Source: Candidatus Methylomirabilales bacterium
GTDB lineage: Bacteria > Methylomirabilota > Methylomirabilia > Methylomirabilales > CSP1-5
Assembly (NCBI GenBank): GCA_046758505.1
Contig: JBHIAH010000009.1
Span: forward strand, 1-61,461
DNA length: 61,461 nt
Direction of reading: 5' to 3'
Position numbers and translations under genes: made by a program. The notes beneath the pieces were generated by a model. It saw only the letters and a program-made list of their open reading frames with translations, did not search any database and was not told where the DNA came from. This document shows, piece by piece, positions 35,858 to 44,848 of this stretch (the first letter of the stretch is position 1; each line of letters opens with the position of its first letter).

Positions 35858-37036
35858 TCAGACCCTCTCGACGATGAGGGCGATCCCCTCTCCGCCGCCG
35901 AGGCAGAGGGTGCAGAGTCCCCGTCGGGCCTGCCGTTCTTGCATGAGGTGCACCAGGGTGGTCAGGATGCGCGCTCCCGTGGCACCGATGGGATGCCCCA
36001 AGGCCACCACCCCCCCTTTGACGTTCACGCGATCCTCCGTCAGTCCCAGGATCTGGATGTTGGCTAAGGCCACCGCCGCAAAGGCTTCGTTGATTTCAAA
36101 GTAGTCAATGTCTCCGGCGTTCAAGCCGGTCTTCTTGAAGACCTCCTTGACGGCCTCTGCCGGTGCGATCGTGAACCACTCGGGGGCCAGGGCTGCCTGG
36201 GCACACCCCACGATCCGGGCCAACGGCGTGATCCCCAGGTGTGCGGCGCGCTTTCCCGACAGCAGCGTGACTGCTGCGGCCCCGTCGTTCACGGACGGGG
36301 CGTTCGCCGGCGTGATCGTTCCGCCTTCTTTGAAGACGGGCTTCAAGGTGGGGATCTTCTCCAGTGCGAGTCGGTTGGGTTCTTCATCCTCCTCCACGAG
36401 CGTCGTCTCACCCTTCCGCCCGGCGACCGGAACCGGGACGATCTCGGCGACAAATTGTCCCTCGTGCTGGGCGGTCAAGGCCCGCATGTAGCTCTGCAAC
36501 GCATATCGATCCTGCTCCTCCCGAGAGAGATCGTATCGCTCCGCACACAGCTCCCCGCACATGCCGACATGCCTGTCGTTGAGGACGTCCCAGAGGCCAT
36601 CGTGGATCATGCCGTCGATGAGTTGGCCATGCCCCAATCGATATCCGGTCCGGGCCTTGTCTAAGAGGTAGGGGGCTCGGCTCATGCTCTCCATGCCTCC
36701 CGCCACGATGACCTCCGCATCTCCACTCCGGATGGCCTGCGATGCCATCGTGACCGCCTTCAGGGCAGAACCGCACACCTTGTTGATTAAGGTTGCCCCG
36801 ACCGACTCGGGTAGGCCAGCCGCGATCGCCGCTTGCCGCGCCGGGGCCATACCCAGCCCCGCGCTCACCACGTTGCCGAGATAGACCTCGTCCACCTGGG
36901 CCGGCTCGAGGTGCGCGCGACGCACCGCTTCGGCAACGACCAGCCCGCCTAACCGGGGCGCCGGTACCGACGCCAAGGTTCCGTTGAAGCTTCCGATCGG
37001 AGTCCGAACAGCGCTCCCGATGATCACGTCATCCAT
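35858..37036 (-). CDS. phaA: Acetyl-CoA acetyltransferase (intact thiolase)
   Basis: INKVCGS, NEAFA, GHPIGATG, LCLGGGEG. Confidence 0.93.
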   Translation of the reverse strand: MDDVIIGSAVRTPIGSFNGTLASVPAPRLGGLVVAEAVRRAHLEPAQVDEVYLGNVVSAGLGMAPARQAAIAAGLPESVGATLINKVCGSALKAVTMASQAIRSGDAEVIVAGGMESMSRAPYLLDKARTGYRLGHGQLIDGMIHDGLWDVLNDRHVGMCGELCAERYDLSREEQDRYALQSYMRALTAQHEGQFVAEIVPVPVAGRKGETTLVEEDEEPNRLALEKIPTLKPVFKEGGTITPANAPSVNDGAAAVTLLSGKRAAHLGITPLARIVGCAQAALAPEWFTIAPAEAVKEVFKKTGLNAGDIDYFEINEAFAAVALANIQILGLTEDRVNVKGGVVALGHPIGATGARILTTLVHLMQERQARRGLCTLCLGGGEGIALIVERV

Positions 37037-37317
37037 CGTGGGTCTCCTTCCCCTATCGTGCGATCTGCGGGTCTTGCCCGACGTGTGCTTCTCCGGCTCG
37101 TTTCTCATGTTGCCCTGCGATGTGTTGCTCGATCTCAGGACGACAGCGCGGGCAGCGAAGGCCGAGGTGGGAGCCGGGGTCCCAGCAGAATCTTTCCTTC
37201 AACGGTATGGTCCACAGGTGACCTCCTCCTCATTCGTCGTATTCATGAACGAGACACCGGGAACCTCTCTTCCATCCCCAACGCGGAGGCCTCGTGGGAA
37301 GGACTCGATTCGCAACC

Positions 37318-37345
37318 AATATAACACAATGCGTTATACAGTCAA
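37318..37345 (-). promoter_or_regulatory. Sigma70 promoter with the same operator as 33953-33981
   Basis: TTGACT-16-TATATT containing TATAAC-GCATTGT-GTTATA. Confidence 0.8.
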
Positions 37346-37533
37346 GGGTTTTCGTTCGTGGCATTATCCTTCTCGTACGATGGGTCATGTTGCTGATTGT
37401 AAAGGCAAACAGAGGCATAAGTCTGGCGGGCAGCCCTTGCCCCTTTGGTGGCGGTTGGATCCACGTTCATCGGACGACCCTTCCGGGGATTCGTCCACGA
37501 TTTTCCCTTCCCCCGACGGCAACCGAGACCGCT

Positions 37534-38277
37534 TCATACATACATCCCCCCGTTCACGTTCAGGACGTGGCCGGTGACGTAGCTCGCGTCCTCCGAGGCG
37601 AGAAAGACCACCGCCTTCCCCACGTCCTCCGGCCGCCCAAACCGTCGCAGGGGGATCCGGGCAAGTATTCTCTTCTTCAGGTCGTCGCGGATGCGGGCCA
37701 CCATCTCGGTCTCGATGAACCCCGGGGCGACGGCATTGACGGTGATCCCCTCCGGGGCGAACTCCTTGGCCAAGGTTTTGGTCAAGCCGAGAAGCGCCGC
37801 CTTGGCCGCCGCATAGTTTGCCTGGCCGTAGTTCCCGATCTGACCAACGATGGACGAGATGTTGATGATCCTGCCGTAGCCCCGGGCCGTCATCCCGGGG
37901 AGGAACGCTTTCGTGCAGTTGAAGGCCCCGTCCAGATCGACCGAGAGCACGGCCTTCCACGTTTGATGATCCATCTTGGCGAAGCTCTTATCGCGATTCA
38001 TGCCGGCGTTGTTCACCAGAATGTCCACCCGTTCGAAGCGCTGAAGTATCGCGTCCCGCATCCGAAGGACCTGCGCGGGATCACTGACATCGGCCTGAAA
38101 GGTCTCGGCGCCTCTCCCCGTCCCCTGGATCGCTCGAGCGACCTCCTGGGCCGCTGCCTCGTTCTGCTGGTAGTTGATGGCGACATCGGCCCCTTCCCCG
38201 GCCAATGCCGACGCGATCGCCCGGCCGATGCCTCGCGATCCGCCGGTGACGACGGCGACCCGTCCCTTCAGTTTCAT
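37534..38277 (-). CDS. phaB: Acetoacetyl-CoA reductase / FabG-like SDR
   Basis: TGGSRGIG, NNAG..RD, GQANYAAAK, PGFIETEM, NGGMY; PHA context. Confidence 0.85.
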   Translation of the reverse strand: MKLKGRVAVVTGGSRGIGRAIASALAGEGADVAINYQQNEAAAQEVARAIQGTGRGAETFQADVSDPAQVLRMRDAILQRFERVDILVNNAGMNRDKSFAKMDHQTWKAVLSVDLDGAFNCTKAFLPGMTARGYGRIINISSIVGQIGNYGQANYAAAKAALLGLTKTLAKEFAPEGITVNAVAPGFIETEMVARIRDDLKKRILARIPLRRFGRPEDVGKAVVFLASEDASYVTGHVLNVNGGMYV

Positions 38278-38636
38278 CGCATCCCCCCCCGGTCCTGGGA
38301 CCTGTCTTCGGCTGCAGTGGGACGCCTTGAGGCGCCTGCCTCCGGGCGCGACTATAGCACCACTTTGACATCGGGAGAAAGGTGTAAAGAGAGAGCGGCG
38401 CGCGACTCTCAGGTCAGGTCCGAGGTTATGACGCATCTGCTATGACGCAGGCGCTAAATTTGCTTGACACGGGGAGGTGTCATGGTGTAACCTATTAAAA
38501 TGAAAGGTTGTATCCTTGTGTGGAGCGCTGCGCAAATACGGGGTCCAGGTGGCTCGTGGACCGGGGTCGGCCGTGCGGTGGGTTTGGCTGAGGAATGCAG
38601 CGGTTCGTGCACGAGGGGATGGTGCGTGGAGCTACG

Positions 38637-39074
38637 ATGGTCGGCATAGGCATTAACGAGCTCGAGGTGGGGCAAAAAGCCGTGATCGTCAAAACCATCA
38701 CGGCCGCGGATATTCGGCAGTTTGGCACCCTGACCGGAGATCTGAACCCCCTTCACACCGACCACGCCTTTGCCAGGAGGACGCCATTCGGCGAGCCCAT
38801 CGCCCAAGGGATGTTCTCGGCGAGCGTGATCTCCGCGTGCATCGGCAGCCGGCTGCCCGGTCCCGGGACCATTTATCTCTCCCAGGAGCTTCGGTTTCTC
38901 CGGCCGGTGAAGATTGGCGATACGGTCATTGCCCGGATCGAGGTGACAGAGCTGATCAAGGAAAAGAACCGCGTTCGCCTCAGGACGACCCTTCACAATC
39001 AGCGGGGAGAGCAGGTGATCGAAGGCTCTGCCCTGGTCGTCGCGCCGACAGGGGACCACGGCAGACGAGACTGA
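38637..39074 (+). CDS. phaJ: MaoC-like (R)-specific enoyl-CoA hydratase
   Basis: GDLNPLHTD..FA, LPGPGTIYLSQ..F..PV..GD. Confidence 0.88.
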   Translation: MVGIGINELEVGQKAVIVKTITAADIRQFGTLTGDLNPLHTDHAFARRTPFGEPIAQGMFSASVISACIGSRLPGPGTIYLSQELRFLRPVKIGDTVIARIEVTELIKEKNRVRLRTTLHNQRGEQVIEGSALVVAPTGDHGRRD

Positions 39075-39192
39075 CCCGTGCGCCCTGCCCAACTCAGCCG
39101 CCTCGGGAGCGCTGCGGTGATCCTCAGGACACATCTTCCCGGGCGGGAATTCGCGTCAACATCGATGTCCTCGATGATCCGGGGCGCCACCC

Positions 39193-39707
39193 TCACGAGC
39201 GGCGGGCCTGGGTGCTCGTGGTGCGATGGGTGTGCCTGCGATCTGGTGGGGACGGCCGTCGCCGGGCTGCGGTCTTCTTCGCGGGGGCGGCCGGTGACGG
39301 TTGGGCCCCGGCCAAGGCCTGGAGCAGATCGCTGGTGGTAATGATCCCGACCAGGGTGGACCCTCGGACGAGACTGGCAGGGAGCCGATGCGATGATCGA
39401 CCATGAGTCGTGCTGCCCTGTCGGTTCCGGCTTCCGGGGTCACGGTCACGACCTTTCGGGTCATGACGTCGCCGACCTGTGCCTGACCTCCCCAGTCTCG
39501 GAATCGCTCCTGCTCCTCGGGGAGGGCGAGGGACGACGGGGCCACCAGACGGAGATCTCGATCGGTGAACATCCCGACAAGCTGCTTCCCTTGGATGACC
39601 GGGAGGTGGCGGACCCTATGTCTCCGGATGATCTTCAGGGCGTCCCAAATGCTGTCGCTGGACTGGATGGTGATGGGATTCACCGTCATGTACCGTTCGA
39701 CCGCCAT
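39193..39707 (-). pseudogene. CBS-pair protein with a frameshift near 39372
   Basis: MAVERYMT..RHLPV..DVMTR..RIGSLPV; canonical VRGSTLVGIITTSDLL continues in another frame. Confidence 0.75.
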
Positions 39708-40036
39708 CGTCTCCTCCTTCTGCGGTGTCGGATCTATCGTTCCTCCGGGAGTCGCCGGTGACGACGGCAACCTGCCCTGTAGGTCCCTTTCCCTTCCTCT
39801 GAATGGCTGGGTTCGACTCGCCATCGAGGCCGCATCACGTCTGTGCCTCTCGTGTCAGGCAGTACCACGCCTCGGTGACCAAATCATGGCCTAAAGGACG
39901 GTGCGCGACGGCTCCTGCGAAGGTGACTGTGATGTCCCTAGCTCCATTGAGAGCGGCGCGCCAGGACGTTCTCCCACGTGAGAAGGGGGGCATTCCGAGG
40001 ATCGGGGCGACCATTTGCCCTGGGACATGGCTTTCA

Positions 40037-40065
40037 TTGACAGGGCGGCGGAAGTCCCCTAGAAT
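40037..40065 (+). promoter_or_regulatory. Near-consensus sigma70 promoter of the Ubl operon
   Basis: TTGACA-17-TAGAAT. Confidence 0.8.
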
Positions 40066-40106
40066 AAAAGCGTTAACTATACCGTGCTTCTGGCATAAGG
40101 GAAACC

Positions 40107-41858
40107 ATGGGTATGAGAGCGATCCCACTCTGGATGCAAGACCTCAATGAGCGGATCGAGGCAGAGACCTCAAGCCTCTTCATCCTGCACCACAATATCG
40201 CCGATTACTTTCCTCTCGGTCAGGCCTTTCTCGCCTTCCCCGCCTTTCTCGCCGACTGGCTGAGGGAGACGAGTCCCGTCATTTTCTACAATCGGTCCAC
40301 GGGCCTGCGCTTTCCCGATGAGGAGACCCAGCGCCGATTTCAGGAGGCGGCGGGTCTCGTGGTTCGTCGCGATCAGCGAGATGTGTCCTTGGAAGAGCAG
40401 CGAAGGCGGGCCTTGGTGGCATTGGGTGAGGCGACAAGTGCTGAGCCGCCCCCCCTCCCCACGCATCCCACCAAGGTTATCCCGCTCGTGGGGCAGGCCC
40501 TCCGGTCGGGGCGTCTCCGGAATGGGCGGCGGCGCGCGGTCGCTGTCCTGGAGTACGCGGAGAGTATCGCCCCGGCTGCCGATTTTTCCTGTATGAATGA
40601 GGATGATCGTACCAACCTGGTCGCCCTCCTCAGCCTCGCGACCGATCCGACGGTCCACGAGCAAGGGGGGGTGGTCCTGCTCACGGTGAGCAATCTGGCC
40701 GATCTGCACCCGGCCCTCCGGCAGCCGGGCGGTCGGGTCGAGGTGATCGAGGTCCCCCTTCCCGATGAGGCGGAGCGGCTCCAGTATATCGCGCACCTGC
40801 TGGATCAGGAGGGGGTGCGGATCGGCATGAGCGCGGAGGAGTTCGCGCGAGCGACCGCAGGACTGACCCGGCTCCATCTCGAACAGCTCTGTCGCCAGGC
40901 CAAGGCCAAGGGCGTTCCCCTGACGTTTGAAGAGATCAAGCGGCGCAAGCGGGAGATCCTGCGCCACGAGTTGTACGGGATGGTCGAGCTGGTTGAGCCG
41001 GGCTTCGCATTAGAGAGCATCGGTGGGCTCGCCGCGGTCAAACAGTTCTTCCGGGAGGTGGTCCAGGCCATTCGGGATGGGGACCTCAAGATGGTCCCCC
41101 GCGGCATTACGCTGGTGGGTCCTCCTGGGGTGGGAAAGACGGCGGTGGCCGAGGCCTTGGCAAAGGAGTGCGGCTTCAGCTTCGTCAAGATCACCAACCC
41201 CCGGGAGAAGTGGGTGGGCGCCTCGGAGCGAAACTTCTGGAAGATTCTACAGGCCCTTCGGTCGTTGACCCCGCTGGTGGTGCTGGAGGACGAGGCAGAC
41301 CAGAGCGAGCAGTCCCGGGATGAGATGAGTGGCGACTCTGGCGTGACCAACCGGCTTCGTCAGATGCGCTTTGAATTCACGGGCGACCCCACCATCCAGG
41401 GGAAGGTCCTGTGGATCCGGATCACGAACCGTCCGGACAGGCTGGATCCGGCCGAACGCCGCTCGGGCCGGTTTAGCGAGCGGATTCCTCTGCTGATGCC
41501 GGATGCGGATGAGCGGGTCGCCATCTTCACGGTCATGCCGAAGCGGTACGGCTTTGCCACCACGGCGGTCGATTTTCGGGCGATGGTGGACCTCTGCGCA
41601 CAGCGGTTCCCCGGACAGATCACGGGCGCCGACATCGAGGAGATTTCTCTCAGGGCGTACCGCCATGCCAGGGTTCGCGGGGCGACGGCAGTGGCGGAGG
41701 ACGACTACGGCTGGGCGATTGAGGATTTCATTCCCTCCCAGTCGGCGGAGTTGATCCGTCAGCAAGAGCTCATGGCAGTCGTCCACTGTTCCTCTCGTCG
41801 CTTCTTGCCCGAGCGGTACCGGGACATCGGGGTGGGGGAGATCCGGTCCCTCGGATAG
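40107..41858 (+). CDS. Classical-clade AAA+ ATPase (degenerate N-terminal module + active module)
   Basis: GPPGVGKT, pore loop EKWVG, VVLEDEAD, TNRPD, RRSGRF, GADIE. Confidence 0.92.
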   Translation: MGMRAIPLWMQDLNERIEAETSSLFILHHNIADYFPLGQAFLAFPAFLADWLRETSPVIFYNRSTGLRFPDEETQRRFQEAAGLVVRRDQRDVSLEEQRRRALVALGEATSAEPPPLPTHPTKVIPLVGQALRSGRLRNGRRRAVAVLEYAESIAPAADFSCMNEDDRTNLVALLSLATDPTVHEQGGVVLLTVSNLADLHPALRQPGGRVEVIEVPLPDEAERLQYIAHLLDQEGVRIGMSAEEFARATAGLTRLHLEQLCRQAKAKGVPLTFEEIKRRKREILRHELYGMVELVEPGFALESIGGLAAVKQFFREVVQAIRDGDLKMVPRGITLVGPPGVGKTAVAEALAKECGFSFVKITNPREKWVGASERNFWKILQALRSLTPLVVLEDEADQSEQSRDEMSGDSGVTNRLRQMRFEFTGDPTIQGKVLWIRITNRPDRLDPAERRSGRFSERIPLLMPDADERVAIFTVMPKRYGFATTAVDFRAMVDLCAQRFPGQITGADIEEISLRAYRHARVRGATAVAEDDYGWAIEDFIPSQSAELIRQQELMAVVHCSSRRFLPERYRDIGVGEIRSLG

Positions 41859-41861
41859 GGC

Positions 41862-42656
41862 GTGGAGCAGGCATCGATGGGGGAGTATATCCAGATCGAG
41901 GGAGACGTGGTTCGGCTCCTCCGGCACGGGGGCCGGGCGGGGGCGGTTGTTGACCGGGAGGTATCGCTCCGGACATTTCTTCAGGCCCTCCTCCGCGCCG
42001 CAGACGGGTCCCGCCGCCTCCCCCTTCTTCCCGTTGGGACGCGCTTCATCCTGGGCCGGGAGCCGGATCTCTTGATCGCGGTGGAGCAGCCCCCCCAGGT
42101 CCGTCACGTCACCTGGCGGCCGGGCGGGGCGCCGGGAGCGGCCCGGGATTATCCCTTGGCCTTTCCCTATATCCTCTACCTGGTGCTCTTCCACCAGGGA
42201 GCCTTCGAGGAGATGCGCATCTATTACCGCCCCGCCCCTCTCACCGCGGACAGCGATCCCCTCTACCTGTCGAACCTGTGGAATGTGTCCTCGACGGAGA
42301 CCCCCATGGCGAAGTGTCGTGCCTGTCTGCAGGGTCGGCCCCCCTTCGACGAGCTGACCCTGGCCGCCCAGGTGCGGGGCGTCATCGAGTTCTTCTGGGG
42401 GACCGGCTTCAATCGGGCGATCGACGAGAGTTGCTTCCTGCGGGCCGCAAAGCGGGATAGCCGGATTGCCACCCTGGAGGCGTGGGAGCGGGCGAGTCGG
42501 TGCGACCCCCTCTTTCCCCTCGACGTGGATTGGGAGCCGGTGGGGAAGGGTCTCAAGGAGACGGCGGAGGAGCTCATGGCCTGGCGGGGGAAACCGGCTG
42601 CGATCGAGGATGCGGCGGATCTGGCCGACCTGATCTATCGGGTTATGGAGGGGTAA
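41862..42656 (+). CDS. Prokaryotic E2-like protein (Prok-E2 family D / PRTRC protein B-like)
   Basis: PLY..L.NV....C.ACL.G followed by FFW.T.FN, as in E2-D proteins; operon context. Confidence 0.75.
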   Translation: MEQASMGEYIQIEGDVVRLLRHGGRAGAVVDREVSLRTFLQALLRAADGSRRLPLLPVGTRFILGREPDLLIAVEQPPQVRHVTWRPGGAPGAARDYPLAFPYILYLVLFHQGAFEEMRIYYRPAPLTADSDPLYLSNLWNVSSTETPMAKCRACLQGRPPFDELTLAAQVRGVIEFFWGTGFNRAIDESCFLRAAKRDSRIATLEAWERASRCDPLFPLDVDWEPVGKGLKETAEELMAWRGKPAAIEDAADLADLIYRVMEG

Positions 42657-42659
42657 GGG

Positions 42660-43328
42660 GTGTTCCCGATCTATGTGAAGGAGGCGGGATTCCGCGAGCC
42701 TGAGGAGCCGATCTACTATCTGGTGAGCCGCAGTGGGCTCTTCCAGGTCAAGCGGACCCCGGTTTTTTGCTCCACGATTCGAGTTCCGGGGCTCCTGTGG
42801 CTCGAGGAAGAGGTAGAAGGGGTGGAGTTCCTGCTTCCGGTCATCCCGGCGAAAATCCTGGGGGAAAGCATGGCCTTCTTCCGCGAGGTCTTTCGCAAGT
42901 ACCGCGCCGAGGCTGCCGTCCTCCTCTATCGCAGGGAGGCGGCGGGGGAGTACGAAATTCGCATTCCCCCCCAGCAGGTGGCGGGAGGTCATTGCCGGTA
43001 TGAGGTCGGTCCCAATCCCCCCGGCTGTCTCCGGGTGGGGACCATGCACAGCCACGGGGCAGCCGAAGCCTTTCATTCGGAACTCGATGATGTCGACGAG
43101 CAGTACGATGACGGGCTCCATGTGACCATCGGGTCTATCCACGCCAAACCCACCGTCTCCTGTTCCCTCGTCGTGGACGGCCGGCGCTTCGACCTCCGGC
43201 CCGAGGCGGTGCTCGAGGTGATGCCCTGGCAGCTGGAACCGACGATCCGGCTCGAGGATTCGGAACGGGTGACCGCCGAGCCGCCGCCCGGGGATTCGGA
43301 TCCGAGCGGCCGGCCCTCCGCCATCTAA
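42660..43328 (+). CDS. JAB/JAMM (MPN+) metallopeptidase
   Basis: Upstream Glu (RAEAAV) and HSH-x7-S-x2-D (HSHGAAEAFHSELD); DGLHVTIG. Confidence 0.9.
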   Translation: MFPIYVKEAGFREPEEPIYYLVSRSGLFQVKRTPVFCSTIRVPGLLWLEEEVEGVEFLLPVIPAKILGESMAFFREVFRKYRAEAAVLLYRREAAGEYEIRIPPQQVAGGHCRYEVGPNPPGCLRVGTMHSHGAAEAFHSELDDVDEQYDDGLHVTIGSIHAKPTVSCSLVVDGRRFDLRPEAVLEVMPWQLEPTIRLEDSERVTAEPPPGDSDPSGRPSAI

Positions 43329-43331
43329 CCA

Positions 43332-43410
43332 AGCAGTCGGCAGTCAGCAATCAGCTATCCGCACTCAGATGCTGAAAAAGCTGACCGCTGACGGCTGGGA
43401 GCTGACAGCT
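43332..43410. repeat. Heptamer-repeat hairpin (TCAGC.. / GCTGA..)
   Basis: agcagtc ggcagtc agcaatc agctatc ... gctgacc gctgacg gctggga gctgaca. Confidence 0.75.
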
Positions 43411-44094
43411 ATGCGTGAAATCAAGGTGATTGGCATTGGCGGGATTGGCTGTGCCCTGCTCCCGTTCCTGGCCCGGTATCTGAATTATCGGGGGGAGCGG
43501 GCCCGCGTCACCCTCATTGACGGGGATGAGTTCGAGCGGGCCAATGCGGACCGGCAGGCCTTTGGGACGCTGGGGAATAAGGCGAAGGTCACGGCTGCCG
43601 AAATGGCCAGACAGTTTCAGCGCCTCTCCTTCCGGGCCATCCCCGAATATATCACCGAGGCGAACATTGGCCAGTTCATCCAGGGGGGGGACATGATTTT
43701 TCTGGCGGTGGATAATCACAAGACGCGGAAGCTGGTGAGTGATTACTGCGAAAAACTGGCAACGGTGACGTTGATTTCCGGGGGGAATGATTTCACCGAC
43801 GGAAATGTTCAGGTCCATATTCGAGAGGGAGGTAAGGACCGGACCGCGCCGATCACGCAGTTTCATCCCGAGATCCGGAACCCCCGCGATCGCTCGCCTG
43901 CGGAGATGTCGTGTGAGGAGCTGATGGAGCGCGGAGCGCCCCAGCTCTTGTTTACGAATCTCGCTGTTGCGTCCGCCATGCTCAATGCCTTCTATGGCGT
44001 CCGCGAAGGGAAGCTGCGGTACGGCGAGGTCTACCTCGATATTGTCGAGGGCAAGAGTAACCCAGTCAAGCGCCAGGGAGAGGGAACGCAATGA
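43411..44094 (+). CDS. ThiF/E1-like Ubl-activating enzyme
   Basis: GIGGIG, DGDEFE..N..RQ, NKA, AVDNHKTR, SCEE...QLLFTN (candidate catalytic Cys). Confidence 0.92.
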   Translation: MREIKVIGIGGIGCALLPFLARYLNYRGERARVTLIDGDEFERANADRQAFGTLGNKAKVTAAEMARQFQRLSFRAIPEYITEANIGQFIQGGDMIFLAVDNHKTRKLVSDYCEKLATVTLISGGNDFTDGNVQVHIREGGKDRTAPITQFHPEIRNPRDRSPAEMSCEELMERGAPQLLFTNLAVASAMLNAFYGVREGKLRYGEVYLDIVEGKSNPVKRQGEGTQ

Positions 44095-44405
44095 CCGAAC
44101 CACTCAAGCAGGCGACGCGGGTTCGTGCGGGGTCCCCCACGCAGGCGCAGGAGCCGGTGCGGGTCATCTATGGGGTCCACTCGCTCGAGGTGAACATCGC
44201 GGGGCGAAGCGTGGGAGACGTCCGTGCCGCGTTGCGGCAGGCTTTGAACATCGGCCCCCAGGCGGTCGCGGTGGTCGGGGGCCGGGAGGTCGTGGAGAGC
44301 TACCTCCTGCAGGCCGGTGAGGTTTTGGAGTTTGTCCGACTGGCTGGCGAGAAGGGCGTGGGAGATCTGTGGCCGGGCCCTGGCGGTTCTGGCCGGGCCC
44401 GGTAG
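44091..44405 (+). CDS. Ubiquitin-like beta-grasp protein ending ...LEFVRLAGEKG plus a 15-aa tail
   Basis: Beta-grasp pattern (G.SV..VR..L...LNI...A.V.G......L..GE.LEF); ATG overlaps the E1 stop. Confidence 0.8.
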   Translation: MTEPLKQATRVRAGSPTQAQEPVRVIYGVHSLEVNIAGRSVGDVRAALRQALNIGPQAVAVVGGREVVESYLLQAGEVLEFVRLAGEKGVGDLWPGPGGSGRAR

Positions 44406-44480
44406 GCGAGCCGTCCCTCGGCGCCGGACTGGGGGTGGGTTCCTGGAGCGGTCGCTCCTGATGACGGCGGAGGCGGATGG

Positions 44481-44846
44481 GTGAGGAAAGAGGGAGACGA
44501 TCGGCGGAAGTTGCCCCGATTCCGGATTATCAGCGTCGGGGGCTCCATCACAACACCGGTAGAGGCGGACGTCCTGAACCTGAGCATGGGTGGGGCACTG
44601 GTCGAGCACCAGGGTACGTTGCGTGTCGGATCCGAGTGTACCCTGAACGTTCCCCTGGCTGGCGCCCCGGTGAATATCAGGTGCCACGTGGCCCACAGTA
44701 CCGTCGACCACCGGGCGACCGGACCTGCGGGGGAGGGTCTGCTTTTTTACCGCACGGGCCTGGAGTTTCTCGAGCTTTCTCGAGAGGCCAAGGAAATCCT
44801 GGCGACGCTGATCCGCTCTTACGGCGAGGGGGGAGAGGGGGGATAA
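44481..44846 (+). CDS. PilZ domain protein
   Basis: RRKLPR (RxxxR) and NLSMGG (D/NxSxxG), GLEF. Confidence 0.85.
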   Translation: MRKEGDDRRKLPRFRIISVGGSITTPVEADVLNLSMGGALVEHQGTLRVGSECTLNVPLAGAPVNIRCHVAHSTVDHRATGPAGEGLLFYRTGLEFLELSREAKEILATLIRSYGEGGEGG

Positions 44847-44848
44847 CC

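Noticed and set aside
37385..37537. Small ORF overlapping the phaB stop (MKRSRLPSGEG...)
   Set aside because: No recognisable features; it may be chance, so it was not called.
41247..43142. 631-aa minus-strand ORF, and similar long antisense ORFs (e.g. 45776-47329, 48788-50200, 34011-35270, 51627-52889, 7013-8188)
   Set aside because: Shadow frames opposite well-supported genes in high-GC DNA; no recognisable motifs.
43411..44405. E1 + Ubl as a MoeB/MoaD or ThiF/ThiS sulfur-carrier pair linked to moeA
   Set aside because: The E1 lacks the Zn-binding CxxC pairs, the Ubl lacks a terminal GG, E2-like and AAA genes are in the operon, and moeA is about 35 kb away.
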